Of a DNA stretch of 64,000 nt, positions 24,830 through 54,463 are shown piece by piece. Within the stretch, counting starts at the first letter, position 1, and every line of letters begins with the position of its first letter. Both the position numbers and the translations under genes were made by a program. The DNA lies in the NCBI RefSeq assembly GCF_021028975.2, contig NC_059425.1:22382001-22446000 (forward strand), given 5' to 3'. Under the pieces are notes generated by a model that saw nothing but the letters and a program-made list of their open reading frames with translations, ran no database searches and was not told the origin of the DNA. The DNA comes from Sphaerodactylus townsendi (taxonomy: Eukaryota).

Positions 24830-26330
24830 TACTGTAGGCCTGGTGAAACATCCCTGACTTACAGGCCCTCCAAAACTGGGAAGATCCTTTAGGGCCTATT
24901 TCTCCTTGGACAGAGGGTTCCACCAGACCACACCACTAGTGAAAAAGCCATGGAACTGCTTGAGGGTAGCCTGATGGTCTTTGAGGCAGGGAGAACCAGG
25001 AGATTGTCAGAAGAAGAGTGCACAGCTCCTTGAGTATAGTGAATAGATTAAAGAGTCCCAGACTGTTTAGGGCTTTAAAGGAGGCTCCAATGCCTTGGAC
25101 TTGATCCAAAGCAGTTGGCAATGCACAGCTGCATTCTGGACCAATTGTAGTTTCCAAAGCTGTTTCAAGTGTAGTCCTGTGTAGCTAAAATCTAGAGGTG
25201 GCCATTGCATGGATCACTGGGGCTAGGTCAGAGGAGGACTGGTAAGGCAAAAGTTACTGGGTCTGGTGGAGATGGAAAAAGACGGACCTAGCAACATTAG
25301 TGACCTGGGCCTCCAAGGAAAGGGAGGCATCGAGGTTCACCTCTAGGCTCCTGGTACAGAAAGTGTTAATTGAACTCTGTCAAGTTCATTAAAAGTTTGC
25401 CAGATCCAATCGGGCCCAGCCACAGAATCTCGGTCTTCAGTGGATTTAATTTTAGACAACTCTGTTTAAGCCAACGTACCACAGCCCCCAATCATTTGGC
25501 CAGTACATCTGGGATGACATGCAGCCAGCTGTCCATCAACAGGGAGTGCTAGGTGTCATCTGCATACTGGTGGCACTCCAGCCAAAAACTCCAGTCAAGC
25601 TGAACCAGGGGGTGCATAGCGATATTAAAAACATTGGGGAGAGGATCACTCCTTGGGATAAACCACGCATTTGAGGATGCCAGGAGGAGGTCCTCTCCGC
25701 TAGTGCCACCCTCTTGTCACTGACCATGGAGAAAAGAGACTGTCCCATGAAGACCAACGTTGGTGAGGCTGTGGGTCAAAAGATGGTAATCGACCATATG
25801 GAATGCTTCTGATAGATGGAGCAGGAGCTGCAGCACTGACACCTCAGTGCAACTGGCATCAGAGGTCATCTGTGAGGGTGGTTAGCACAGTCTCTGGATT
25901 GGAATGAGTCAAGGACTGACTTCTCATTTGAAGTTTCTTAGCTGCTTCTCTTTCAACTACCTAGCCTGAAGCTTCTTAGCTGCTTCTAGCCTGAAGCTTC
26001 TTAACTGAAGCTTCTTAACTAGCCTGAAGCTTCTTAGCTGCTTCTCTTTCAACTACCTTACTCAGAAAAGGTAAATTTAAAATGGAGCAATAGGTTGCCT
26101 AGAATTAGATCAATTGGATCCAGCAATGGTTTCTTGAGCAGGGGAAAGGTTTCTACTTCCTCGTTCAGTGATCCCAGGAAAACCCCTGAAGGACATTAAT
26201 AGCTTCCAAGGGATGTTCACACCTTCACCCAGCTGTGTTTCATCAGCCAAGAGGGGGATGGATCCAAGAGACAAGTAGTTGGCTTCACTGCAGCCAGGAT
26301 ATGTCAACATCGGCCCCCAAGAGCCAACTC
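24830..26330 (-). mobile_element. Degraded L2-clade LINE
   Basis: Remnants of SQGVILSP, CHQYADDT and FKALNSLG motifs on the minus strand. Confidence 0.75.
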
Positions 26331-27193
26331 AAAAATGGTCCAAAATAGGACTGGATGATGGCCAAGGAGCCTCCAGCACATCATATCAAGGTTGGCAGGG
26401 AGATCGTGGTGGAGTGACAAGATTTTGCCTGCAAACAACTTGCGTAAGTACTTTCACGTAAATACTTGCCAGACGCTTTAGTACACTTCTGACCAGCAAC
26501 TTCATGGTGTAATGCTGGCTACACAAACACAAAAGAACAAGGCAGTAAAATGAACAGAGCTGTGGGTGTACTTTGGTGTGGTCTTTTGAAATTTTCTCCT
26601 GTGTTTAAAAAATCCAGCAAATGGGAAACCAAATTAGCTAGTGAAGAGGTAGATTTGTTTTGCCTTGCTGTGCTAGCTTTCTCCTTGCATGGAGCTTTCT
26701 ATGCAAAGACATTCAAAGCAGAAACTGGCCACCTGTGGTCTGAAGTGGTGTATATTGGCAAGTTATATGCACATGCACAACATCCTCTCCCCAAACCCCA
26801 CCAGTCTGGCTTCTTTGAGGACTTCTTCTGAAATCATTCTCCAAACCTCAGAAGTGTTTCTGCTCCAGTTCTTATGGAAGTTTCATTGTGTAAAGGTGTG
26901 GTAGTGCCTAGGTTGTTGTTCTGCCAGCCTGGACACCCAGCTGGGGTGGAGGGGGAAGTGGGAGAGCTCCTGGGCTAAGGTTCTGTGGGTGCCAAGGGGC
27001 TGCTGTTCTGCCAGTCTGGGCATGCTGGGTGGGGTGGGGGAGGCAGGAAAGCTACATTGCTGGGATGAGCTGCTGGGGCTTGCTGTAAGGTGGGTAGAGG
27101 AGGCGGATGGAACGTCATTCACCAGTGGACGAGCACGACTCACTAGTCCTGATTGGTGGAGGGTTAGTCGTCCGGACATTCCATCCCTTAACC

Positions 27194-27312
27194 CACAGGT
27201 GTCAAACTCGCGGCCCTCCAGATGTTATGGACTACAGTTCCCATCATGCTGGCAGGGGATGATGGGAACTGTAGTCCATAACATCTGGAGAGCCGCGAGT
27301 TTGACACCTATG
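27194..27312. mobile_element. Palindromic hAT MITE just upstream of CTSF promoter
   Basis: TIR CACAGGTGTCAAACTCGCGG; perfect 8-bp TSD CCTTAACC. Confidence 0.88.
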
Positions 27313-27399
27313 CCTTAACCCTTTATTGGTTAGGATAGCCTTCCTCCAAAGAGGAAGAGCAAGATTTCATTTGGAGCCGCATCCCTTCTAATAAAGTGG

Positions 27400-27674
27400 T
27401 TAGAAACGGTCCGAGACTTTTGATGACGTTCTACGTGCGACCCGTCCGAGGAAAATGAAACAGGCCCGGTTTCCCTTCGCTACATAAGTCACTTGGCGGA
27501 TTGCGCGCCCGGCAATCCGAGGACCGGCAAAGCCGCAGGGAAAGGCAGATGGGACGGTGACGTCACCGCGTGGGCGGGCCTTGCGGCGAGGATCCTCCCA
27601 TGGCCTCTCCCGCCCCGCCCCCTTTCCCTCTCCTCAGCCGGGCGAACGTCAACACAATGTTCTCCTCAGCGGCG

Positions 27675-27675
<1 letters not shown>
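27400..27675 (+). promoter_or_regulatory. CpG-island promoter of CTSF with perfect CRE palindrome
   Basis: CpG-rich; CGGTGACGTCACCG at 27555-27568 (14-bp palindrome around TGACGTCA); GC boxes. Confidence 0.65.
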
Positions 27676-44600
<16,925 letters not shown>

Positions 44601-45002
44601 GCGCCTGAGGTCTCTCTGCCTCCTCCACGTCAGAACCGTTTCCTTGCTGGCTCTTCCTACAGGCACCAGGGCATCTTCTCACGGGCACTAGGGCATGATC
44701 CAGTTACTGCAGCAACTGATTTCCCATTTTCTTTCTCAACGGGCCTAAAGTCTGGCCAAATGCACACTGGGAAGATCTTGCCCCCTCCCCTTTAAGATGT
44801 GCCAGCCGCAGTTCACTTGCAGAGATGGGGTTTCATTCCTTATGAGGTAGAGCCTTAACCCCTCCTGGGAGGATCCTGGCAACATTGGTGTTAGATAAAT
44901 TAGCTTCCCCTCCCCACTCTCTGCAGGATCAGGTTCCTTTCTGGTGTACATGTGATGGGCGACGGTTTTCTGCATATTTGGTGGTGAATGGGACTTTCTC
45001 CA

Positions 45003-45228
45003 GGATGGTGTAGTGGTGAAGAGCTGTGGACTTTAATCTGGAGAACTGGGTTTGATTCCCCACTCCTCCACATGAAGCCTGCTGGATGACCTTGGGCTAG
45101 TCACGGTTCCCACAGAACTCTCTCAGCCCCACCTATTTTGTTGTGGGGAGAGGAAGGGAAGGCGTTTGTAAGCTGCTTTGAGACTCCTTACAGGAGAGAA
45201 AAGTGGGGTATAAATCCAAACTCTTCTC
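45003..45228 (+). mobile_element. Squam3-like SINE in CTSF 3' UTR region
   Basis: tRNA-like head and Squam3 tail. Confidence 0.8.
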
Positions 45229-46598
45229 CTTGGAAGTAACAGGCCTTCAACTCACCCACGTTCTGCCCCTCCCATGCCCTCCCCATGTTTGTTTATTTAC
45301 TCAACAGTAGAAAAACAAATAACTGACAGAAGAGATCCAGTTCAGTTAGGCTGTGTTCCCACGGGAACAACTTTCCTTACTATTGTTTCTTGACACCTGG
45401 AAGGCCTGGCGGCAGAGCTCATTCTTGGCATGCAGCTGGCCCCAGGCATCTCCACTCCCAAGGATTTGGGATATCAGGGCTCGGAAGGACTTCTTCCTGA
45501 GCCTTTGGAGAGTCTCTTGGTGGGCAACTCTGGGCCAGATGGGTTAAAAATATGACTCTGCATGACAGAGCCTTATCCAGCACGCGTCATAAAATCTAGC
45601 TTTGCTGAGAACCTCACCTGGCCTTTTGGTACCACCCAACTTGGTAGGTTCCCCTTTCTCGTTGGGTAAATAAGCACGGAAGTGAATCTTCCCTCATTTA
45701 TGGCATTACCGGGGTGGGGTGGAGGGGACAGGTTCTAGCATTGCTTCACATTGTCTCAAACGTTACTCTGTCCAAGGAAGGCAAAGCGCCTGTTACACCG
45801 CCCCGCCCCCCCGGACTGTTTCCTTTTCTTCTGGATCGCAGCACTGAAAAAGCAGCGCCTCCTCTACTGATCTTAAGAGGGTGCTCCTGTTTCCGTTAGG
45901 TTAGGCCAGTATGGTCTTTCCAAAGATGAAAAGGTCATAGAAACAGTGGAGCCACAGAGACTGTGCTTCCCTTGTTGGCTCCTCCTCCTAATGCACTGGA
46001 AAATAATGCCTCTATGTATTAGAATCCAATGTCTTCCTTGTCCTTTGACCCTTGATTATGATTGTTTGTACATGTGCTCTGCGAGCCCAGTATTAGCGTG
46101 ATGTTGGCAGTAGGAGTTCGGTGGGCAGGTCAGATGAGCTTTAGAGCCAGGAGTTTCCTCACTCATACCTGGTTAGGTCTTCTTCATGGCCACCCTGATC
46201 AGTACTTCTGCTGCAGCAGTGGATGCTTGTCTCACTGCCCCAAGATTAGCATCTTTCTTTAAATAATAAAAATGGCTCCATTAGACTGGAGGGTTTTTTT
46301 AAAAGGGGCTGCACTCTTTTCCCTGTTAAAAAGTATTATGAAAGCTACATGTTACAAAGGGTGGGTGTAAAGTGTTTCCTGCCTCAACCTTTGCTTGGGT
46401 ATAGAAAGACCCATCTGCTTCATCTGACACCCCTTCAAAGGTCGAAGCCTGTTACTTTTTTAGAATCTCTGTTGGATCTTGGTGCTGAAATGGCTGTGAT
46501 TCTGAACTAGAAGAGGACTATTTAATAGACTCACTGCCTGACACTGTGGATCTAGTCTGTTTAGAGTCGTGGCGCTTGGTATTGTATCATTCCACTTT

Positions 46599-46604
46599 AA
46601 TAAA
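46599..46604 (+). terminator. Likely main polyadenylation signal of CTSF (alternative at 46265-46270)
   Basis: AATAAA followed ~20 nt later by TTGTGCTTTGTTGTTTTC downstream element. Confidence 0.55.
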
Positions 46605-47262
46605 GGTCAGTGTCATGAGCTTGTGCTTTGTTGTTTTCATGTGTCTGGTGTAACATAATTCATGGCCTCATGAGTATTGGGGGAGGGGGCAGGGGAGGCG
46701 TCTGTGCTATGACTGTCTCAAAACATTGAACGTGACCTTCCTGTGATCTTCAGTTAGCCAGCTGCTATGGTATGTTTTGTACACTGAGTGGCTATTGTAT
46801 AATGTTGTGGGTGTTTATACTCCAACTCACCTGCTGGATAATCTGATTCATGATGGAGCTTTGTCTGTCGTGCTTCCCAGTGGATCTTTTCATCCTTTCA
46901 GCAGGCAGCTGAAGTCACTTGGTAAATGTGTTTACCTTGCATATGTAAAGTGCCATCAAGGTTACAGCAACCCCATGGGGTTTTCAAGGCAACAGATGAA
47001 GAGAGGTGGTTTGTCCATTGCCTGCCTCTGCAGACAGACCCTGGGATTCCTTGGAGGTCTCCCATCCAAGTACTCACCTGGGCTGACCCTGCTTCTGAGC
47101 CGTGATGAAATCGGGTTAGCCTGGGCCATCCAGGTCAGCAGTTTAAATACTTAAGGTGTTTACCTTGGATCCAGTTAATGGAGCAGGGGAAGATGGTTCT
47201 GAATTAAGCCAGCTGCCAGGCTCCGGTTGCAGAAACTTAAACAATGATGTATTGCATAATCC

Positions 47263-47975
47263 CAGTGGCGTGTTGCCAGAAAATGGTGCCTGGAGCAATA
47301 CCCTCCAGCAAGCCCTCCAAAATTGCACCCCTACCTTCATGGGTGGGTGGAAGAACGAGCAAGCGGATTGGGTGAACGAGGCAGCAAGTGTGCAGGTAAG
47401 CCACCTGAACCTCCCTGGTTCACCAGAGCTGTCACCATGTGCAACTCACTTGGCTGGCAACTCTGCCATGCAGAGGCGGTGGATGCGGCGCTTTGCCAGA
47501 GGGGACTCCTGAAGGGCAGAGCAGAGGGTGCACCCCCCCCCCCACCAAGTGCCTGCCCCAGTGTGTGTTGCTTGCCCCAGCTGCCTGTTCCACTTCTCCA
47601 GAGGCAAGTGCGAAGTGGGCACTTGGCAGTAGGGAGGCTCCTCCAGGCAATATGGTGTTGCTGCCTGCACTGCTGCCAGGAGAGGAGTGCCAAGAGATGG
47701 GGTGAGTTTGCTGTGGGGCTGGGCCAGGGCATGCAAGCTGGCCGGAGCCTTGAGCTGGGCACAGCAATCTGGTGCCGAGTTTAGCCAGCCTTGAGCACAA
47801 GGAAGTGCACCTTGGCTTCTCTCATGTCGGGTGGACGGATGAGCAAGCTTCGGCTGCCTTCCTGGCTTGTGAGGGAAGAGAGGGGGCATTTGGCCAAAAG
47901 CACCCCCATATCACCCAGGCAAATGATGGTGCCTGGGGCTACAGCTCCCTCGTGTTCCCCCCAGGTATGCCGCTG
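47263..47975. mobile_element. hAT (Tip100-like) non-autonomous element
   Basis: TIR CAG(T/C)GGC(G/A)T; TSD CATAATC(C/T). Confidence 0.7.
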
Positions 47976-48443
47976 CATAATCTATACACTTAAAAAATTG
48001 TTTCCGTTCTTGTTTAGCTCACAGCTTTACATCAAATGAAATGTTTACGTAAAATTAGCAGTAATTATGGAACTCTAATACACTAAACCTATAATAATAA
48101 GAGTTGTTTGTCTGTGGAACATGTCATTCCTTAGAAAATTATGCTAGGAGACTTAACATTGGCCACGGGCTTCAGTCATGGTTGTGGCAGTGCCAAATGT
48201 GAAGGGGATACACCCAACCTGGTCTGTGGAATTGCCACAAACATTCTGCTTTTTGCTTCGGAAGTTGTATCTTGAAGGCCCAACTCAAAAAGAGCCTTGC
48301 AAAATGGCTAGAACTGAGCTAACGTGGCAAGGGTCATGACACCAGGCATGAGGAATTCGGACAAACCCTGTTCAGTATAATGATGTGAGTTGCAGGGCCA
48401 AAAATGAAGGCATTGGGAGACTGTACACCAGTATGGCATAGTG

Positions 48444-49049
48444 CAGTGGTGGCGAACCTATGGCACGGGTGCCAGAGGTGGCACGCAGAGCCCTCTCTGT
48501 GGGCACGTGCAAACAGAGTTGCGTTCCGGGTTACCTACACTGCTTCCTCAAAACTAGGTCTTAGGTTTAATGGTAATAATCGAGCCCAGCGGCCCAGGCC
48601 AGCCTCGATGTGGGGGGGGGGGGGCACATTGAGGCTGGCCTGGGCCGCTGAGCTCGATTATTACCATTAAACCTAAGACCTAGTTTTGAGGAAGCAGTGT
48701 AGGTAACCCGGATAAACGCTGTTAAACCCCACTGATTTTCATGCTAAGAACTAACGCGCGATCCTCCACCTGGGAGTAAGCTCAGTTGCTGGCAATGAGG
48801 CTTGCTTCTGAGTAAACCCTCCTAGGGTCGTGATTCACCCGTTGGAAGAGTTGCACGGTTGCTTCAAAGCAGAGCCACTGACTACCACGAATCTTACTCC
48901 CGAGTAATGCACGCCTCAGAGCCAACTGCTTTTTTCTAAACTAAAACCTCAGTATGCAGGTTAAATTGCCGTGTTGGCACTTTGCGATAAATAAGTGGGT
49001 TTTGCGTTGCAATTTGGGCAGTCGGTCTCGAAAGGGTTCGCCATCACTG
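48444..49049 (+). mobile_element. hAT non-autonomous element (CAGTGATGGCGAACC TIR) nested in the head of a Sauria SINE (~48428-49255)
   Basis: Perfect 8-bp TSD GCATAGTG; SINE resumes with GTTAAGAGTGG... and ends in a Sauria/RTE tail. Confidence 0.88.
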
Positions 49050-49884
49050 GCATAGTGGTTAAGAGTGGCAAACTCTCATCTGAAAAACTAGTTTTGATCC
49101 CCCATTCCTCCACACAAAGCCCGCTGGGTGACCTTGGGCCAGTCACAGTCTCTCAGCTCAAGCAGAGGCAGGCAACAGCAAACCACCTCTGAACGTTTCC
49201 TGCCTTGAAAACCTTATGGGGTCTCCATAAGTCAGCTGTGATTTGACACAAACATCCCCTGATGCTGTTTTGAGTACAAGCCAAGGGTACTTGTGGCAGG
49301 CATAACTCCTCTCAAAATGAAACGGGGTCCCTCAAAATTGGACGCCTGCTTCAAGAAGGTAATAGGATGTGATGAATCTGAGGGGGAATCAAAACATTCT
49401 GACTCATGTCACGGTTAGAAAATCTTCTCACTTTTGGCATTGGAAGAGTTCATCTCTGAAAGGCACAGCTTGCCAGAAAATAAAGCCAGCCATTTTGAAA
49501 ACTGCACACCATGTTAAGGATAACCATGGCAGTGGCAGAAAGGAAGCAACTCATTAGATCCCTGCCAAGGTTATGTGCAGAAGCCCCTCAGTGTAATTTA
49601 CAAGGGAAACCAAGGTTGTCTTTGGCCATTAATATCTGTTATCATTAAGATGAACTTAGTAATTACTTAAGAACATAAGAACACACCAGCTGGATCAGAC
49701 CAGAGTCCATCTAGTCCAGTACTCTGCTAGTCGCAATGGCCCACCAGGTGCTTTTGGGAGCTCACGTGCAGGATGTGAAAGCAATGGCCTGCTGCTGCTG
49801 CTGCTCCTGAGCACCTGGTCTGCTAAGGCATTTGCAATCTGAGATCAAGGACAGTTTGAACTTTCTTTTGTTGCAGAACTGAGG

Positions 49885-50243
49885 TGCGGGAGCCTCAGGT
49901 CATAACTCAAGGAAATAGCCCGTCTGATAACAGAGAAAACTGGGTGCGGTAGCAGGCCCATCCAGTTCTATGAATGGACCTTCTCCGCTCTCCATTTCAG
50001 CACCATTGTAAAGTCTCGCGGGAAGACACTTGACAGCGAGATTTCGTGGTCCCATTCACAAAAGTTGTAACTGTATCTTTCTTTTGTATTAATGTTTCTC
50101 TATTGGACCTGCCCCCGTACCTGCCCCCTTTACCTGCTCCTTTGCCCCTTTTGATGTGTGTATAAAAGTTTTTGCGCTTGGCTACGAGAGCGCGATTCTC
50201 CTGCCCGAGCTGTCACCACCACTTCCGAATAAAATACTTTGCT
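49885..50243 (+). mobile_element. LTR-like fragment (U3-R)
   Basis: Starts TG; TATAAAA at 50161; AATAAA at ~50228; CpG-rich; truncated by an L2 tail. Confidence 0.55.
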
Positions 50244-50244
50244 T

Positions 50245-50289
50245 TTATTTTATTTTATTTTATTTTATTTTATTTTATTTTATTTTATT

Positions 50290-50324
<35 letters not shown>

Positions 50325-50742
50325 TTTTATTTAATATACCGCCCAATACCCGAAGGGCTCTGGGCGGTGTACAACATAAAATCACATAAAAACATAATAG
50401 GCATCTATAAGTTATAATAAAAACAGCAGTTATAATATATCAAAATGGCGTCCCACCTAAACCTAATCCTTTCAACAGGGGGGGTAATGGTTCCAATGGT
50501 ATAGGGACCCGTCGATTTTAATAATGGATCCCATTAAAATTGGGATTCCAACCTGGTGGGGGAGGGAGGGGGGGCACTCAGCAGCTGGTTTCTCCAAAAG
50601 CCCGGTGGAACAACTCGGTCTTACAGGCTCTGCGGAAATCCCCAAGGTCCCGCAGGGCCCGGACAGTTGGAGGGAGAGTGTTCCACCAGGCAGGGGCCAG
50701 AGCTGTAAAGGCCCTGGCCCAAGTGGAGGCCAGCCGCATCAT
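50245..50742 (-). mobile_element. L2-clade LINE 3' fragment with (AAAAT/AAAT)n tail
   Basis: Homologous to 28480-28910; tail microsatellite at 50245-50330. Confidence 0.8.
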
Positions 50743-51759
50743 TGATTGCAATCTGAGATCAAGGACAGATTGAACTTTCTTTTGTTGCAGAACTGAGGTT
50801 GCAGAACCGAGGTGCTTTGAAGAACCCCTGCTTCCTGCGCCTCACTACGTTGCCTGAGCTGAAATCACTTAATGTTACCCGAGCAGCAGCGGTAACAAAT
50901 GAGACATAGAAAAGCTATCACAGAGTGGTCAAGGCTCGCAACACTGCTAATTAAACACACACACTGTAATTTCTTTTCCTCACAAGGCGAGGGACTATCC
51001 TCCGTGGTAGACAATCTGCAGGCAAAAGGTATTCCAGCTCTGGGTTGGGAAATTTCTGGAGATTTTGGGGATGGGGCCTAGGACGGATGGGGTTTGGTGA
51101 GGGTAGGGATTTCAGCAAGGTATAACGCCATAGTAGATTCCACTCTTCAAAGCAGCCATTTTCTGAAGGGCAAATTATCTGTGTCAGCAGGAGCTCAGCC
51201 ATAATTCAAGGCGATCCTCAGGCCCGCCTGAAGTTTAGCAACCCTAACTGCAGCATCAATTCTCAGCAATTCCAGTCAAGAGGTTCTTTAGATGATGGGA
51301 TAGACGTGGGAACCCGGAGAGCCCCTACTAGTCGGTGACTAATAGCCCAAATGGTTTGTCTCAGGAGAAAGCCACTTCAAAATCAGCATTTTGAAAACCA
51401 GTTGAGATACTTACTTTTTAAAAAAGACTCCTATAAATACAATGTCCAGTAGAAGCAGCACTGCCCTCAAAACGACAATCTCAAAATATACCTTTTCCAG
51501 ATATTTCCCAGAAACACCCTTTTCTCCTCACCCCCACAACACAAATATCCTACAGATATGAGCCCCAGAACCTCCACACATGTACCCATAAGCTGAAAAG
51601 AAAAATATTATAGTATTGCTGAGCAGACATGAACATTCCAGCAATGGCTGTTGAATAAATCACTTCTAAAAAATAGTACACTATCAGAAACATCAGTCAA
51701 CTATCCATAACAACTGCGACTCAAGCAAATTATGATTAAGCCACTGCACTTCGCATCAA

Positions 51760-51935
51760 GAGTAGGACCGCAATAAGGCCGGAACGATTCTAGCACGCGC
51801 CCTGAGGCGTTGGGGAACTATTAGAGTGGAGCACCCGAACGTTAAATTCATGGGGGCGGAAGCAGGAAGTGCCTGCTTCTCATGCTTCAGGGAGAAGAGG
51901 ACGGTGCAAGTTCCCGAAAAGGTGCTGGCGCGGGA
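51760..51935 (+). promoter_or_regulatory. Promoter of EIF1AD
   Basis: CpG-containing patch with GGGGGCGGAAGCAGGAAGTG (GC box plus tandem ETS sites), ~2.6 kb upstream of the ATG exon. Confidence 0.55.
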
Positions 51936-52289
51936 AGGGGCTGAACTGGCAAATGGAATTTAAAAATGTACAGACAGTGCATCATTCCTGAGTTCCTTTT
52001 GCAAAATCTGCAATGGTGGGAATAGAGTTGCTTGTTCCGGGTTGGGAATTTCCTGGAGATTTGGGGACCGAACCGGAGAGAGGGAAGGAGTTCAGCAGGA
52101 TGCCATACAGTCGATCTGAAGAGAAACCAGAGTATGCTATACAATCCAGCCTTCAGAGTTGCTTCGTTCTCTAGGGGCGCTGATCTCCGTAATCTGGAGA
52201 TCAGGCGCAATTCTGGGAGAACTGCAAGCCCCACGCGGATGTTGGCAACTATTGCGATACTAACAGGGACTGTTAGCTTTGAAAACTAA

Positions 52290-53040
52290 ATGAAACTTCC
52301 ACGTTCATCATCATATGGGCAAACAATACAGGATACTCAGTCCTTGTTTAGGAGCTCTACAACTGGGTAGCATAGTGGGTTGGGGATGCTCTGGGTAGCT
52401 GTGTGTGTGTGTGCAAGATCTTGTGGTATGGGTGGACTGTAAGCTTAGTATAAGCAGTTGATGTGATGCTGCAGCAAAAAAGGCTGATGCGATCTTGGGA
52501 GCGTATAAACATCCAGATTGCAAGATATTATTGTCCACTATATAATATGCGGCATTACTCAGGCCATAGCTGGAGTATTATGTGCAGTTCTGTGGATCTC
52601 ATTACAAAAAGTATGTGGACAGAATGATGTGGGTTCAGAGAAGAGCAATCAGGATGATCAGGGGCCTGGAGAACAAGCCCTACAAGAAAAGGTTGATAGA
52701 GTTGGGAATGATTGGTGTGGAAAGGAAGAGGTTGAGGGGAGACGTAATTGCTCTCTTTAAGTATTTGAAGGGCTCTCTCTTAAAGGAGGGCAGGGAGCTG
52801 TTCCTGTTGGCAGCAGAGGATAGGACTCACATGAATGGGTATAAATTACAGCTAGAAAGGTACTGGCTTTTTTTAACAGTAAGAGTAGTTCAGCAATGGA
52901 ATTAGCTGCCTTGGGAGGTAATGCGCTCCCCCTCCTTGGCAGTCTTCAAGCAGTGGCTGGATGAAAAGATGTCAAGGATGCTTTAGGCTGATCCTGCATT
53001 GAGCAGGGCATTGGACTAAGGTGCCTTATGATTCTGTGAG
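52290..53040 (+). mobile_element. Degraded CR1 LINE 3' fragment
   Basis: QFCGSHYKKYVDRMMWVQRRAIRMIRGLENKPY...LRGDVIALFKYLKG. Confidence 0.85.
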
Positions 53041-54463
53041 CTTCCCAGAGGTGACTGGCAATCCACAGAAGTGGAATGCTGGGCTCACCTAGAGTCCTTG
53101 GCCTAGTCCAGCAAATTGTCCTAAAGTTATAAGTTATAGGAAAGTTACTAGGAAAGGCAAAAAACTTGCAGATTTTTCTTTACCAGAAGAGAGAGAGAGA
53201 CGCTGCTGTGGTGAGATTTTCTAAATCACATGCTTCCTTTCTCACCCCACTTCCTAATCTTTCAGCTCTTTCCAACTTGTGAATGTCCCAGAGGGTGAAA
53301 TCAACACTGGATCCACAGCCCTTGAACTTGGATGACGTTGGCTGTCCCTGGAAACAGGTTTGTCTTCCTGAACCCTCGGGGTTGTGGAGCATTTTGCCCA
53401 TTTCTTGCATGAGAACAAATCAGAATTACCTGATTCTTTTTCACTTCGTAAGATCAAGTGGGCAGAGAGCTCTTTCCAGTTACTACTATGGAGACCATGG
53501 ACTCTTTTCTCTTCAAGGAAAGAAGCAACCAATTTTCTCTTACTTTGCCCTTGTTATTTTATTTACATTATTTATAGTCCACTTTTCCCACTCAATCAAC
53601 AAGATGGGACATCCAATAAGCAATGCAATAGGATTGCAGAAACTCAGCAGAAAGCTGCACAAATGATGTCTATTAATAATAAAGCATTTACTTGGGTCAG
53701 TGAGTGTCAGCTGAACTCCACTGAAGGTGGAAAGCACAGTATCCTTCACGATCTCTGCCTTCCTAACCAGTAGTGCCTATCTTGTCATGATTTGGTTTTG
53801 ATTTGTTTACTCTTATCCATTTAACCACAGCAGACAGGCAGCAATTGGGGACCTCTACAATATCACCAGAAGATTTGGATAAGGAGATGCAGAGTTGGGT
53901 CGTATTAGCATGTTTCCTTTTAGGCCAGATGTCAAGGGATCCTGGAGGGTTTTTGGCTTTTCTCTGAGCATGGAGCAGATATCCGTTGAGGAAGTCAGGG
54001 GGCAAAGCTGTGAATATCCTGTGACGTACAGAGGGCTGGACTAGGTGACTGTTGTGGAACCTTTCAGCTCTATGGTTTTGTGATGACAGCCAATGCCAAA
54101 ACTGCTAATGATTTGCCCTTAGGGCTTTTCATGGAGGTTGGATAGTGGGGGGGATAGGATTGTGTCCTAGGAACCAGGGCTGGACTCTAGTATCTAGTGT
54201 CCAATAATCAGAGATCCTGGCATCATTATGTGGTAATACGATGTGGCAGCGGGGGGGGGGAGGGGGGGGTCCTAACTCCTGGGCAGCATTCCTTTCTTGC
54301 CAGTTGCCATTTGGACTTCAAAAGTGTCTCTGTTGCTGCTCCCTTAATTCTTCTGACTTGCTCCTCGCAGCCTCCCAAAGCACAAGCACATCCGGCGAGC
54401 TCTTTCTCACCTCACCCAGCCAGCAGTGTCTTCATTCCCCAGGGCTAAGGCTAACGGAGCAGC

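Noticed and set aside
46950-47135. 5S rRNA gene (also ~1090-1190, ~36800-36900, ~56520-56620)
   Set aside because: Diverged from 5S and fused to a Sauria/RTE tail, so SINE copies
47156-48039. Cluster of overlapping 120-150 aa ORFs on both strands
   Set aside because: Mostly inside a GC-rich non-autonomous hAT element; no recognisable domain
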